This document shows, in pieces, positions 1 through 8,693 of a DNA stretch of 64,000 bases (position 1 is its first letter; every line of letters starts with the position of its first letter). The stretch is from Deltaproteobacteria bacterium (lineage in GTDB: Bacteria > Desulfobacterota > Binatia > HRBIN30 > CADEER01), in contig JANRJF010000255.1 of NCBI GenBank assembly GCA_033764095.1, positions 20,154 through 84,153 on the forward strand, written 5' to 3'. The notes under the pieces are model-generated. The model was not told where the DNA came from, ran no database searches, and saw only the letters and a program-made list of their open reading frames with translations. The translations under genes and the position numbers were made by a program.

Positions 1-1
1 G

Positions 2-2020
2 ACCCACCTCAGCATCCTTATTTCAGCCGCCGAGCGTGCACTCCAGATGTTCGCATATGAAGATGCGGTACGTATGTACAGACAAGCGCTTGACTTCCTC
101 CCTCGCACGCCGGTCAACCAAAGGGAACGCTGCCAACTCCTCCTTTCACTCGGCGAAGCAGAGCGGCTTTCCGGGCGGGGTGGCGAGGCGCGTGAGGCGT
201 TTCGCGCCGCCGCCACGATAGCCAGATTATGCTCCGACATCGAACCATTCGCACAGGCCGCGCTCGGGCTGAGCGGGTTTCGCGCGTCAAACCCAGTCGA
301 CGTCGAGGCTATCAGCCTGATTGAGGAAGCACTTGAAAGAGCCGACCAACTCACTCTTGAGCTGCGCCACGAACTCCTCTGTGCGAGAATTGTTGCCCTG
401 CACTTCGCCCCCCACCTAACGGACATGAACAGGGACTGCGACGATGCGCTCTTTTTGGCCGACCAACTGAGGAACAATCGATCTCTCGCCCTTGCCTCGT
501 ATGCCAGACTCCTCACGGTCTTCGCCACAGTCCCCGCCGAAGAGATTAACAACCTTGCAGAACAAACTGCCGCCCTCGCGGAAACCTCGGGAGAGACCCG
601 CATCTACTTTGCTGCATTAACGTTCAGATATGGCGCACTGATCCGCCTGGGTCGGCTACCCGAATGCGATCGGATTCTTCACCAACTCATCCTCGCGACG
701 CAACGAGCCCCGTTTGCCCGACATCGCTGGCAACTCGCGCTGTTCGAAGCAGGCCGACGTCTAGCCTGGGATACACGGGAAAACATCAGGCTCTATATTG
801 AGCGAGCATTTGCCATCGGCGCCGACCTCGAACCTCTTACGGCCAGCCAACATGAAATCGCTCAAAAGGTTGTCCTAGAGTACTTGACGGGAAACCTGTC
901 GAACAACAGCGCCCTTCTTTTCGAAGCGGTGCAGACCCACCCTGACTCCGCAATCGCGCGTGCCGCTTGGGCGTTGTCGCTGTCTGACCCAGACAACCCG
1001 GCTGACGCTCAGGACGCGCTTTCATGGTTTTGCCCTGCGCGGATCGACTCGATTCCGGGCGCCTTCGCATCGCTCACCTTGGCGTTTCTCGCCGAAGCGA
1101 GTTTTCTTGCCGGGGATCGAACACTCGCCGTGCTTGTACACACGAGACTTGAAGCTTGGAGTGACGAACTAATTACACTGGGATTCGGAGCGGGCATAGT
1201 CGGTGCGGCGGGCTTCTATCTGGGACTCCTAGCTTGGCTTCAAAATGATCGCGCGCACGCGCTAGAGCTGCTAGAAGCCGCAGCAGAACTTGAACTCCGC
1301 GTCGGAGCACGACACTCATGGAGACGCACCCGGGCCGCCCTCTCCGCACTGAGGAATGGGCAGCGGACCTTCTCGATCCCCCGAGAAGATACCAACGATT
1401 TTGGCCGAGCCCCGAACCTCGGTCTCTCCGGCGGCGCTCCTCCTAGTGCACCACATCGGTTGCCGAATGTCTTCCGGAAGGAAGTCGGCGTCTGGACGAT
1501 TTGCTTCAACGGTCAGACTTCATACGTCCGCGATCAACTCGGCTTGGAGTATATTCGCCTGCTTTTGCGTGCCCCCGAGAAGGATATCCATGCGATTGAG
1601 CTAGTTCAGTCAGTCAGCCGCTCACCAGCGGAGACCCATCGCTTTCCAATTCACCAGACGGGCATCGAGCAAACAGACCGCGAGGCGCTGAACCAATATC
1701 GTCAGCGGCTGGCAGAGCTTTCCGCAGACATCGAGTCCGCGGACATCGACAACGATACCGGCCGAGCGGAACGCCTACGCGCGGAGCAGGAGTTGCTCTT
1801 GGAGGAGATTTCGCGGTCAAGGAACTATAAAAATCATATCCGCCGAGCGGGATCCGATGCCGAGCGGGCTCGCGTCGCCGTTAGAAATCGCATCACCAGC
1901 GCTTTGAAGAGCATAGGATCCGCTGACGCAAAGGCATCACGCCACCTGCAGAACGCGATTCGGACTGGCCTCTTCTGCTCGTACCGCCCAGAAGATTCCT
2001 GCAGGTGGGAACTCGACTGA
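2..2020 (+). CDS. TPR-repeat regulatory protein (STAND/MalT-like helical region), 5'-partial at window edge
   Basis: Reading frame is open from the window start through the ATG at 47 (no upstream in-frame stop). Helical TPR-like repeats (YRQALDFL, LGEAERLSG, several Ala/Leu-rich repeats). No recognisable HTH. Lower-GC codon usage. Confidence 0.45.
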   Translation, partial: THLSILISAAERALQMFAYEDAVRMYRQALDFLPRTPVNQRERCQLLLSLGEAERLSGRGGEAREAFRAAATIARLCSDIEPFAQAALGLSGFRASNPVDVEAISLIEEALERADQLTLELRHELLCARIVALHFAPHLTDMNRDCDDALFLADQLRNNRSLALASYARLLTVFATVPAEEINNLAEQTAALAETSGETRIYFAALTFRYGALIRLGRLPECDRILHQLILATQRAPFARHRWQLALFEAGRRLAWDTRENIRLYIERAFAIGADLEPLTASQHEIAQKVVLEYLTGNLSNNSALLFEAVQTHPDSAIARAAWALSLSDPDNPADAQDALSWFCPARIDSIPGAFASLTLAFLAEASFLAGDRTLAVLVHTRLEAWSDELITLGFGAGIVGAAGFYLGLLAWLQNDRAHALELLEAAAELELRVGARHSWRRTRAALSALRNGQRTFSIPREDTNDFGRAPNLGLSGGAPPSAPHRLPNVFRKEVGVWTICFNGQTSYVRDQLGLEYIRLLLRAPEKDIHAIELVQSVSRSPAETHRFPIHQTGIEQTDREALNQYRQRLAELSADIESADIDNDTGRAERLRAEQELLLEEISRSRNYKNHIRRAGSDAERARVAVRNRITSALKSIGSADAKASRHLQNAIRTGLFCSYRPEDSCRWELD

Positions 2021-2102
2021 CCACGAACTTCCCCATGAGTGGCACTCGTAGGCGCAGCCGTGCGATTAGTTCAGATATGGCGCGTTCGAGAAGTAAGACA
2101 CG

Positions 2103-3245
2103 TCACACCACACGCGACTGCCCGTTAATCACCGGCATATCCAAGCTTCCCCGCCCAAGCGCCTTATATGTCAAACCGGTTCTCGGATCAACTAACGTCG
2201 TAGCGTCGCTATGGAGCTTCGGTCGAGTATAAATTAAACGCAGTGCCTCAACGTGGCGCAATGATAAGTATCGGTCACCGTAAAGCCTGCGAATTGCCTT
2301 GCGGACGATAGGAGCATTTATGGCGCTCATCGTGGGAAAGATATGATGTTCGACGTGATATCCAAATTGGAGATGGATTGATTCGATAAAAGCAGGCGCT
2401 CGCACGGACACTGTATTGACAAGCGGATCGTTGGCAGATGTCAATGGGGTTAAGTAGTGGTTTGTGGCGATGTAGGACATTACAAGGGTATTTGCTGCTA
2501 GGGCGGGGACCACGACCAAGTAGGCGAAGTGTACAGGACCGAGGCACAGAAGCAGCAAGAGCCAAATACAAATCATGCTTCCCGTTTCGCAACAGACTCG
2601 CCGGAGAGAAATGCGCTTGTAGAACCCCCTTCGCATACTTTGCTTCAACAATACGACCCAAGCAACAACGGCGAAATGCGTGGGGAGGTAAAACCAGCTG
2701 GCAGTAGTCCCGGAGCCGGGCGCGATGGACTCCATAACCTTCAGGTAAGGGGTGCGCTCCCATAGATGAAGCGTACCGAAGTGATCGGTATCACCCATTA
2801 CATGACCCGTGTATGCGTGGTGGGTTTGATTATGCCACGCAACCCAGAACGTCGGAGACGTACAATATGGCAGCAGGCCAATGTATCCGACGATATTTTC
2901 GACGAGTCGGCTGCCCACCACGGCGTGATGCATCGTCTCATGGGCAAGAAACGTTATGCAGCCCCAACTGTGTCCCGCCAAAAGGCCGAACGGAACGGCC
3001 AACCACCAAGGCAGGTTGAGATACAATACGAGAACCGCCAGTGTGACAATGACCGTAAGATGTACCGCAAGCCAGGCCAACCGCACGGGGCGCCGTTGAA
3101 AAATCTCAGGAGGCAACTCTGCTCGGAGCTGCCGCGCGTATTCGTGCATTGTGGTAAGGCGCGCGCTTGAACCAGCAACATCCCTGCTGCCCGCATCAGC
3201 TTGCATTGGGGAGACGTCCATTTGACCGGATATAGATAGAACCAA
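2103..3245 (-). CDS. membrane-bound fatty acid desaturase family protein
   Basis: Three histidine boxes typical of integral-membrane desaturases (HETMHH, HNQTHH, HVEHH) plus several hydrophobic helices. The annotated start at 3245 is TTG; internal ATGs at ~3221 and ~3206 are possible true starts. Confidence 0.8.
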   Translation of the reverse strand: MVLSISGQMDVSPMQADAGSRDVAGSSARLTTMHEYARQLRAELPPEIFQRRPVRLAWLAVHLTVIVTLAVLVLYLNLPWWLAVPFGLLAGHSWGCITFLAHETMHHAVVGSRLVENIVGYIGLLPYCTSPTFWVAWHNQTHHAYTGHVMGDTDHFGTLHLWERTPYLKVMESIAPGSGTTASWFYLPTHFAVVAWVVLLKQSMRRGFYKRISLRRVCCETGSMICIWLLLLLCLGPVHFAYLVVVPALAANTLVMSYIATNHYLTPLTSANDPLVNTVSVRAPAFIESIHLQFGYHVEHHIFPTMSAINAPIVRKAIRRLYGDRYLSLRHVEALRLIYTRPKLHSDATTLVDPRTGLTYKALGRGSLDMPVINGQSRVV

Positions 3246-4515
3246 GCAAAAGACAGGAATTCACGCCGCCGTAGCCGTATCCGGTAACCAGTACGTTTTT
3301 CACGGATCGAGCCGTTGGCACGACCGGGAGGTTCGCCGTCAGATCACCCACTGCCGCCTCCCGAAGGTTTGTATTGGGCGGAACAATCTGGGTCGAAATG
3401 GCCAATGAGCCGGCGGCAACCTGAAAGGCCCCTGAAGCCCCAAATGGATGCCCAAGGACCCCTTTAATTGAGCTAATTGCTGGCGCTGACCCTGCCCCGC
3501 GCAGAGCGATCCTGAGAACCGCGCTCTCCTTGTCATCGAATGTCGGCGAAGAGTTTGCGTGGCTGCAGACGTAATCGATGTCTTTGGCCGATAAGCCGTA
3601 CCTCGACAGTAGTCGGAAGATTCCCTGCGCGGCCACATCGCCAGTCTGATCGATACGGTAGAGGCCCTTGGCATCGCACGAAGACTCACCCCCCAGAACC
3701 TCCGCCAACGGGGCGCCGGCCCGCTCAGCAGCTGCTGCGGCTTCCTCAAGCACGACAAAGCAGGCCCCTTCACTTAGCACGATTCCGGAATGCCTGCGGT
3801 CGAATGGACAAGACGAAAGACTTGGATCCTCGTTGAGCGTCGAGAGTTCCTGGGTTCTGCAAAGCGAGGCGAAGACGCTGGGACTCAATGGGGCCTCGGC
3901 GCCACCCGCGACGCAGAGGTCGGCTACACCCGCCTGAATCAGCAAGCTTCCTAGGCGGATTGCCTCCAATGCAGACGGGCACCCGTTCGCGATGGTCAAT
4001 TGCGGTCCTTGAGCGCCCAGTAGAGCTGCCACCTCTGCCCCCGGCCCGTGGCTAGCCGCTCCACTTACGATAAACGGATTGATCCGCCTGGCACCCCGCT
4101 CCAACATGAGGCCCACCTGAGCCTCAGCATCGGCCCAACCAGCCACCGCAGTCCCTACTACGACTGCTCTCCTGGACGGCGCATACGCACCTTCCTGCAA
4201 CCGCGCGTCCTCTGTCGCCAGCGCGGCCGCGGCGAGGGCGAACTGCGACACCCGGGGCGCGGTTCGAATCGTTCTGGAAGTCAGCAGAGGGAAAAACTCG
4301 TCGTCGGCGACCTGCCCGGCCACTCGGCACGACAAGGAGGAGGCGTCGAATCGGTCAATCGCGCGGATCGCAGACTTTCCCGAGAGAAGCGCCTTCCACA
4401 ACGCGCCCCTGCCTACGCCCACAGGCGCAACCGAGCCGATTCCGGTGATCACCGTCCGCCGTGCTGGGCTCGAAGGCCCCGGGGGAATCGCGCTTTCCAC
4501 AGGGAAACGCTTCAT
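3196..4515 (-). CDS. beta-ketoacyl-[acyl-carrier-protein] synthase (KAS I/II family)
   Basis: N-terminus RRTVITGIGSVAPVG is the classic KAS start. Full-length ~439 aa thiolase-fold condensing enzyme. Start lies 14 nt after the ACP stop. Confidence 0.85.
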   Translation of the reverse strand: MKRFPVESAIPPGPSSPARRTVITGIGSVAPVGVGRGALWKALLSGKSAIRAIDRFDASSLSCRVAGQVADDEFFPLLTSRTIRTAPRVSQFALAAAALATEDARLQEGAYAPSRRAVVVGTAVAGWADAEAQVGLMLERGARRINPFIVSGAASHGPGAEVAALLGAQGPQLTIANGCPSALEAIRLGSLLIQAGVADLCVAGGAEAPLSPSVFASLCRTQELSTLNEDPSLSSCPFDRRHSGIVLSEGACFVVLEEAAAAAERAGAPLAEVLGGESSCDAKGLYRIDQTGDVAAQGIFRLLSRYGLSAKDIDYVCSHANSSPTFDDKESAVLRIALRGAGSAPAISSIKGVLGHPFGASGAFQVAAGSLAISTQIVPPNTNLREAAVGDLTANLPVVPTARSVKNVLVTGYGYGGVNSCLLLGSIYIRSNGRLPNAS

Positions 4516-4528
4516 CTCGGATAGGCTG

Positions 4529-4783
4529 CTACCTTACGCCGGCAGCACACCCATGTATGTATTCGATTATGAGGCCGAGTTCGTTAAGCTCAATTATACG
4601 AATAGGATCTAGCTCGACATCGAACCTCTCTTCGAGCGCAACCTGCATCTCGACGAAAGCAACCGACTCCATGACGACATCCCTCTCTATCGTGGCGCGC
4701 TCATCGAGGGAAAGAGTTGGATCCTGCCCAAACTCCTTCAGCAACTGAAAAACGTACTCGGCAACCTCCTCACGACTCGGCAT
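4529..4783 (-). CDS. acyl carrier protein
   Basis: 84-aa product from an internal ATG (MPSREEVAEYVFQLLKEF...ERDVVMESVAFVEMQVALEERFDVELD). Four-helix ACP pattern with a phosphopantetheine-type Ser in the ESV motif. The upstream part of the 138-aa ORF is probably non-coding. Confidence 0.7.
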   Translation of the reverse strand: MPSREEVAEYVFQLLKEFGQDPTLSLDERATIERDVVMESVAFVEMQVALEERFDVELDPIRIIELNELGLIIEYIHGCAAGVR

Positions 4784-5060
4784 CTGAAACCTCGCGACGC
4801 CGGCCGCGAAAGCTCCGAGTCGTATCCCAAGAGTGCTGCACCGGGCGCCCTCCAGCGCCTGGGAGACCACCTCCCCAGAATGATCGCGCGTCTGGCAATG
4901 GCGGTCGCTCCAACTTTCGCGAGGTAGGTCCAGGATTTGGAACAACTGGCATCATTGACGGCTGAAGTCACGCTGAGTTACGCTTCGGGCCGGCGAGAAG
5001 TCAAGGCGATCTCCTTGGCTCCGCGAAGAACGACGCCAGCAGAGGCAACGAGACGCAATC

Positions 5061-5675
5061 GTGCGCAGCCGGACCATGCCGATAAGCACAAGAGATCTGC
5101 TCAAGGAGTTTTCGTTCAAGGTCGCCGTAGGACCTGACATTGGACCCGCCGTGAACCTCTTTCGACAGGTATATGAGGCTGACGTTGGCTTTGTGCCATC
5201 CGATGGAATGGACGATAGCGCTACCTACCTCATCGCCAAGTGCACCGATGGAGACGTCGCTGCTACATTGCGATTCCTCGGACCAGAGCATCGTCCCTTC
5301 GTGTTCGAAAAATCTTGTGAGGTGGCCCTTCCAGACGGCAGCAGGCCTGCCCTATTGAGCCGCTTTAGCGTGTCGCCGCTATTTCGCGCGGCTCCCCGCT
5401 CGATTGCGCTGCACTTTGGGATGTTGAAGCTTGCAGTCGAATTTGCGCTCCCCTTGGGCGTTACCGACCTTCTTCAATACACCCAGCCGCATCTCATCAA
5501 TTTCTACCGTGCTGCGTTCTTCGAAGCCACGGGTGTGACCTTTGAGTTGCCCCCCTTGCAGAGCAAGATGCATGTTCTTCGCCTCAACTTGCGCACGCTC
5601 GATGAGCGCTGCCGAGCCTCTAACTCCCGCGGCGCAGAGTTCCTTCGTTCTCCTGATCGAATTGTGACCCCGTAA
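5061..5675 (+). CDS. LuxI/FeeM-like N-acyltransferase (autoinducer synthase / N-acyl amino acid synthase family, GNAT fold)
   Basis: LuxI-family landmarks: R..VY....GF (equivalent to R24-F28-W34), acidic DGMDDSATYLI, RFLGP, LSRFSV (the E/L-SRFAV motif), GVTDLL...FYRAAGF. Size ~200 aa. Stop is 3 nt before the histidine kinase start. Confidence 0.6.
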   Translation: MRSRTMPISTRDLLKEFSFKVAVGPDIGPAVNLFRQVYEADVGFVPSDGMDDSATYLIAKCTDGDVAATLRFLGPEHRPFVFEKSCEVALPDGSRPALLSRFSVSPLFRAAPRSIALHFGMLKLAVEFALPLGVTDLLQYTQPHLINFYRAAFFEATGVTFELPPLQSKMHVLRLNLRTLDERCRASNSRGAEFLRSPDRIVTP

Positions 5676-5678
5676 GTA

Positions 5679-7772
5679 ATGCTCCCTTCCTGGTTCGTAC
5701 CCCTAGTGGCAGCCCTCGCAACGGCCGCGCTGGGCGTATTTGTCGCAGTGAGGGGACCGCGAGGCGAGCTGCGCGCCGCGTTTCTGTTTTTCGCCGCCAC
5801 CCTCGTCTTCTGGCACTGCTTTTATCTCGTTCTTTATTTGATACCCGACTACCAGACTGCCTTCGAGGGCGCTCGAATTCTTAGAGTCGGATCCTTCTAC
5901 ATGGTCGCCGCGGTCCTGCATCTTGCAGTTTCGGCGCGAGCAAGACCAAGGCGTCTTTGGCGGTGGATTGTCATTGGCAATTACGCTCTCGCCACCTCCT
6001 TCGTTGTCGCCAATGTATTTGACGTTTGGGTGAAGGAGCTTAGGCGAACCGACGCCGGATACGTCACAGTCGGCACGCGCTGGTACAGCATTCTGAGCCT
6101 CTACGCGTTGCTGAACTTTCTCGTCGCAATATCACTTTCGGTTCGTGACTACTGGATCACGAGGGACCCGCGGGTCAGACAGCAGGTAGGCTTTTGGCTC
6201 GCGGGCATGCTGGTCGCGCTCCCCCTCGGACTCACTAATTTCCTACCTGTTTACGGGGTCGAGTTTCCCCCGCTAGGCAATCTTGGAGCGGCCCTTTGGA
6301 CCGGAATCGTGGCGTACGCGATCGTCCGCCACAGATTGATGGACATCGACGTATTTGTCACCAAGGGGCTCGCTTACGCAGCAGTTACTCTTGTCTTGGT
6401 GACGCCAGCAATCGCAGTGTCAGTTATCCTACAGTGGTGGGCGTTCCGTGCGGTCGACTATGAATTTACGGCGGCGCTCGCGGTCCTGTTCTTGTCGATT
6501 GCCGTTTGTTTTCCGCTGGTTGTGTTCAGTGCCGAAGAGCGCCTGCAACGATCGCTGTTTCGCGCCCGCACCCAGACGCGTCGAGATCTTGCCGCCTTCT
6601 CCCGCAGCATGGTCAAAATTCTCGATAGACAAAGACTGATGGCGGAGATCTGCAACCGGCTGCACGATCTTCTCGACGTCGAACGGGTTGCAATTTACCT
6701 CTTGGATTCTTCAGGTACGCGGTTGGAACTTCGGAAGAGCCAAGGAACCCATGCAGAAACGACGGAGTTTGGGAGTCAACATCCGTTTGTTCGGTGGCTC
6801 GGCCGCCGATCCGAACCGTCGCTTCGCGAGGATGCGGAGGGGCTGGATACGGTGCAGGCAGTCTTTGTCGAGCAAGGGTGGGAGGTCTGCTTACCGATGC
6901 ATAGCGGACGTCAAATGCTCGGATTCCTAGCACTTGGGGCTCGGCATGGGAGGCAAGCGTTCGCGGGGGGCGATCTTGAGCAGTTGGCGGCTATCTCTGA
7001 CGAGGCGGGGGTCGCGTTTGAGAACGCTCGCCTGTACGAAGAGGTCCGGCGGTCCCGTGCAATCATTGATCGCACGAGCAGGCTCTCCTCGCTGGGAACC
7101 TTGGCCGCCGGGATTGCCCACGAGATCCGGAATCCTCTTGTATCGATCCATACGTTCTTCCAAATGGCGCCGACTCGACTCGGCGACGAAGAGTTCATGA
7201 CTTCATTCCTAGGACTGGCGGGAGAGGAGGTGCAGAGAATCAGTAGTTTGGTTGACGAGCTACTGATCTTTGGGAAATCGACGACGACGAATCCGACCGA
7301 GGTGCAGCCAAACGAGGTCGTCGATCGCGGCCTGGCCTTGCTAGCGCCACAGGCGCGTCAGAAGAATGTGACGCTCGATCGAAGTCTCTCAGAATCCCTC
7401 CCCCCCGTTCTGGCCGACGGCGATCAGTTGCTTCAGGTGCTCGTCAACCTGCTCCTGAATGCGATCCAAGCTACTTTGAGCGGCGGTCGCGTCACCGTCG
7501 AAACGCGCCTGATCACGGATGAGACGGGAGAATTCTGCCAGATCGAAATAGTCGACACGGGAGTCGGAATTCCCGCATCGGTTCGTGAAGCGATCTTCGA
7601 TCCCTTCTTTACAACGAAGGACCGTGGAACCGGTCTGGGCTTGTCCGTCGCGCATCGTATCGTCGCCGAATTTGGTGGGTTCCTCTCGGTCGAAAGCGCC
7701 GAAGGCCAAGGAAGCCGATTCAGCGTCAACCTACCTGCGTGCCGTAATCTGGAGTTTCCAGCTGGCGCTTAG
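5679..7772 (+). CDS. sensor histidine kinase: N-terminal ~7TM integral membrane domain, GAF domain, HisKA and HATPase_c (PrsK-like architecture)
   Basis: About seven hydrophobic helices in the first ~300 aa. GAF-like region (VAIYLLD...GFLALG). H-box LGTLAAGIAHEIRNPL. N/G1/G2 boxes (LLLNAIQA, DTGVGIP, GTGLGLSV). No receiver domain. Confidence 0.85.
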   Translation: MLPSWFVPLVAALATAALGVFVAVRGPRGELRAAFLFFAATLVFWHCFYLVLYLIPDYQTAFEGARILRVGSFYMVAAVLHLAVSARARPRRLWRWIVIGNYALATSFVVANVFDVWVKELRRTDAGYVTVGTRWYSILSLYALLNFLVAISLSVRDYWITRDPRVRQQVGFWLAGMLVALPLGLTNFLPVYGVEFPPLGNLGAALWTGIVAYAIVRHRLMDIDVFVTKGLAYAAVTLVLVTPAIAVSVILQWWAFRAVDYEFTAALAVLFLSIAVCFPLVVFSAEERLQRSLFRARTQTRRDLAAFSRSMVKILDRQRLMAEICNRLHDLLDVERVAIYLLDSSGTRLELRKSQGTHAETTEFGSQHPFVRWLGRRSEPSLREDAEGLDTVQAVFVEQGWEVCLPMHSGRQMLGFLALGARHGRQAFAGGDLEQLAAISDEAGVAFENARLYEEVRRSRAIIDRTSRLSSLGTLAAGIAHEIRNPLVSIHTFFQMAPTRLGDEEFMTSFLGLAGEEVQRISSLVDELLIFGKSTTTNPTEVQPNEVVDRGLALLAPQARQKNVTLDRSLSESLPPVLADGDQLLQVLVNLLLNAIQATLSGGRVTVETRLITDETGEFCQIEIVDTGVGIPASVREAIFDPFFTTKDRGTGLGLSVAHRIVAEFGGFLSVESAEGQGSRFSVNLPACRNLEFPAGA

Positions 7773-8148
7773 AGCGGTGGTTAATCCGAACCGCGAGTTG
7801 GACGGGTTCGGCAAACAACGGGCGGCAAGCGGGATACCGGCGAGCGCACGCTTTGGGATGCCGTGCATCCGGGGCGGCGCTGGAGCGAGTTCCAGCCGAT
7901 TCGCGGCCACGGTGCTCGCCAATTGGCGACGCGGCCAAGACGTGCCGTCGCCGCCGCAAGTCGCCAGGACCAAGCAGCGTTCCAAACGTCAGATATTGAA
8001 CGATGGCATCATTCCTGACGACATCTTCGAAGAGCCGGCCGACGACGCCGACAACGACTCAAACCCGGATACTTAGCCTCAAACCCGGACAGTCCCTCGC
8101 CCCTAGGTCGATTGATTCCGGGCGCGGGGCCTGCGAGAATAGGGTTCT

Positions 8149-8658
8149 ATGCCGCGCGCTGGTAAGGCTGAATCGTTGTTCAAGGTTGGAGAGAAGGTCG
8201 TCTACCCTGCACACGGAGTCGGCGTAATCCAGAGCATCCAGACCAAGGTCGTCTCCGGGACCGAGAAGACGTTTTACATGCTGAAAATCCTGGACAGCGA
8301 CATGACCATCATGATCCCGACCGAGAACGTGGCCTCCGTGGGGCTGCGGCGGGTGATCGGGCGGGAAATGGTCACCAAGGTCTACAAGATCCTGCGCGAG
8401 AAGCGGGTCGAGATCGACCAACAGACGTGGAACCGGCGCTACCGGGAGTACACCGAGAAGATCAAGACCGGCTCGGTCCTGGAGATCGCCAAGGTGCTGC
8501 GCGACCTGTTCGTGCTGAAGGGCGACAAGGAGCTGTCCTTCGGCGAACGGAAGATGCTGGATACGGCGCGCAACCTGCTGGTCAAAGAGCTCTCCATCGC
8601 TCGCTCCCACCCGGAGGAGAAGATCATGGAAGAGCTCAAGAACATCTTCGCCCACTGA
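8149..8658 (+). CDS. cdnL: CarD/CdnL family RNA polymerase-binding transcription factor
   Basis: FKVGEKVVYPAHGVGVIQSI, the CarD_CdnL_TRCF N-terminal RNAP-interacting domain. 169 aa. Immediately upstream of ispD, as in many Actinobacteria and Myxococcota. Confidence 0.9.
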   Translation: MPRAGKAESLFKVGEKVVYPAHGVGVIQSIQTKVVSGTEKTFYMLKILDSDMTIMIPTENVASVGLRRVIGREMVTKVYKILREKRVEIDQQTWNRRYREYTEKIKTGSVLEIAKVLRDLFVLKGDKELSFGERKMLDTARNLLVKELSIARSHPEEKIMEELKNIFAH

Positions 8659-8693
8659 CCGCCGGGCGCGGCGCCGTCTGACGGCCCCTTCAC

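Noticed and set aside
7585-8076. 163-aa ORF in the kinase-cdnL spacer, and the small hairpin CCGAACC-(12 nt)-GGTTCGG at ~7783-7808
   Set aside because: The ORF has no SD or domain and spans the compositional junction. The hairpin has a short stem and no U-tract, so it is not convincing as a terminator. I did not call either as a feature.
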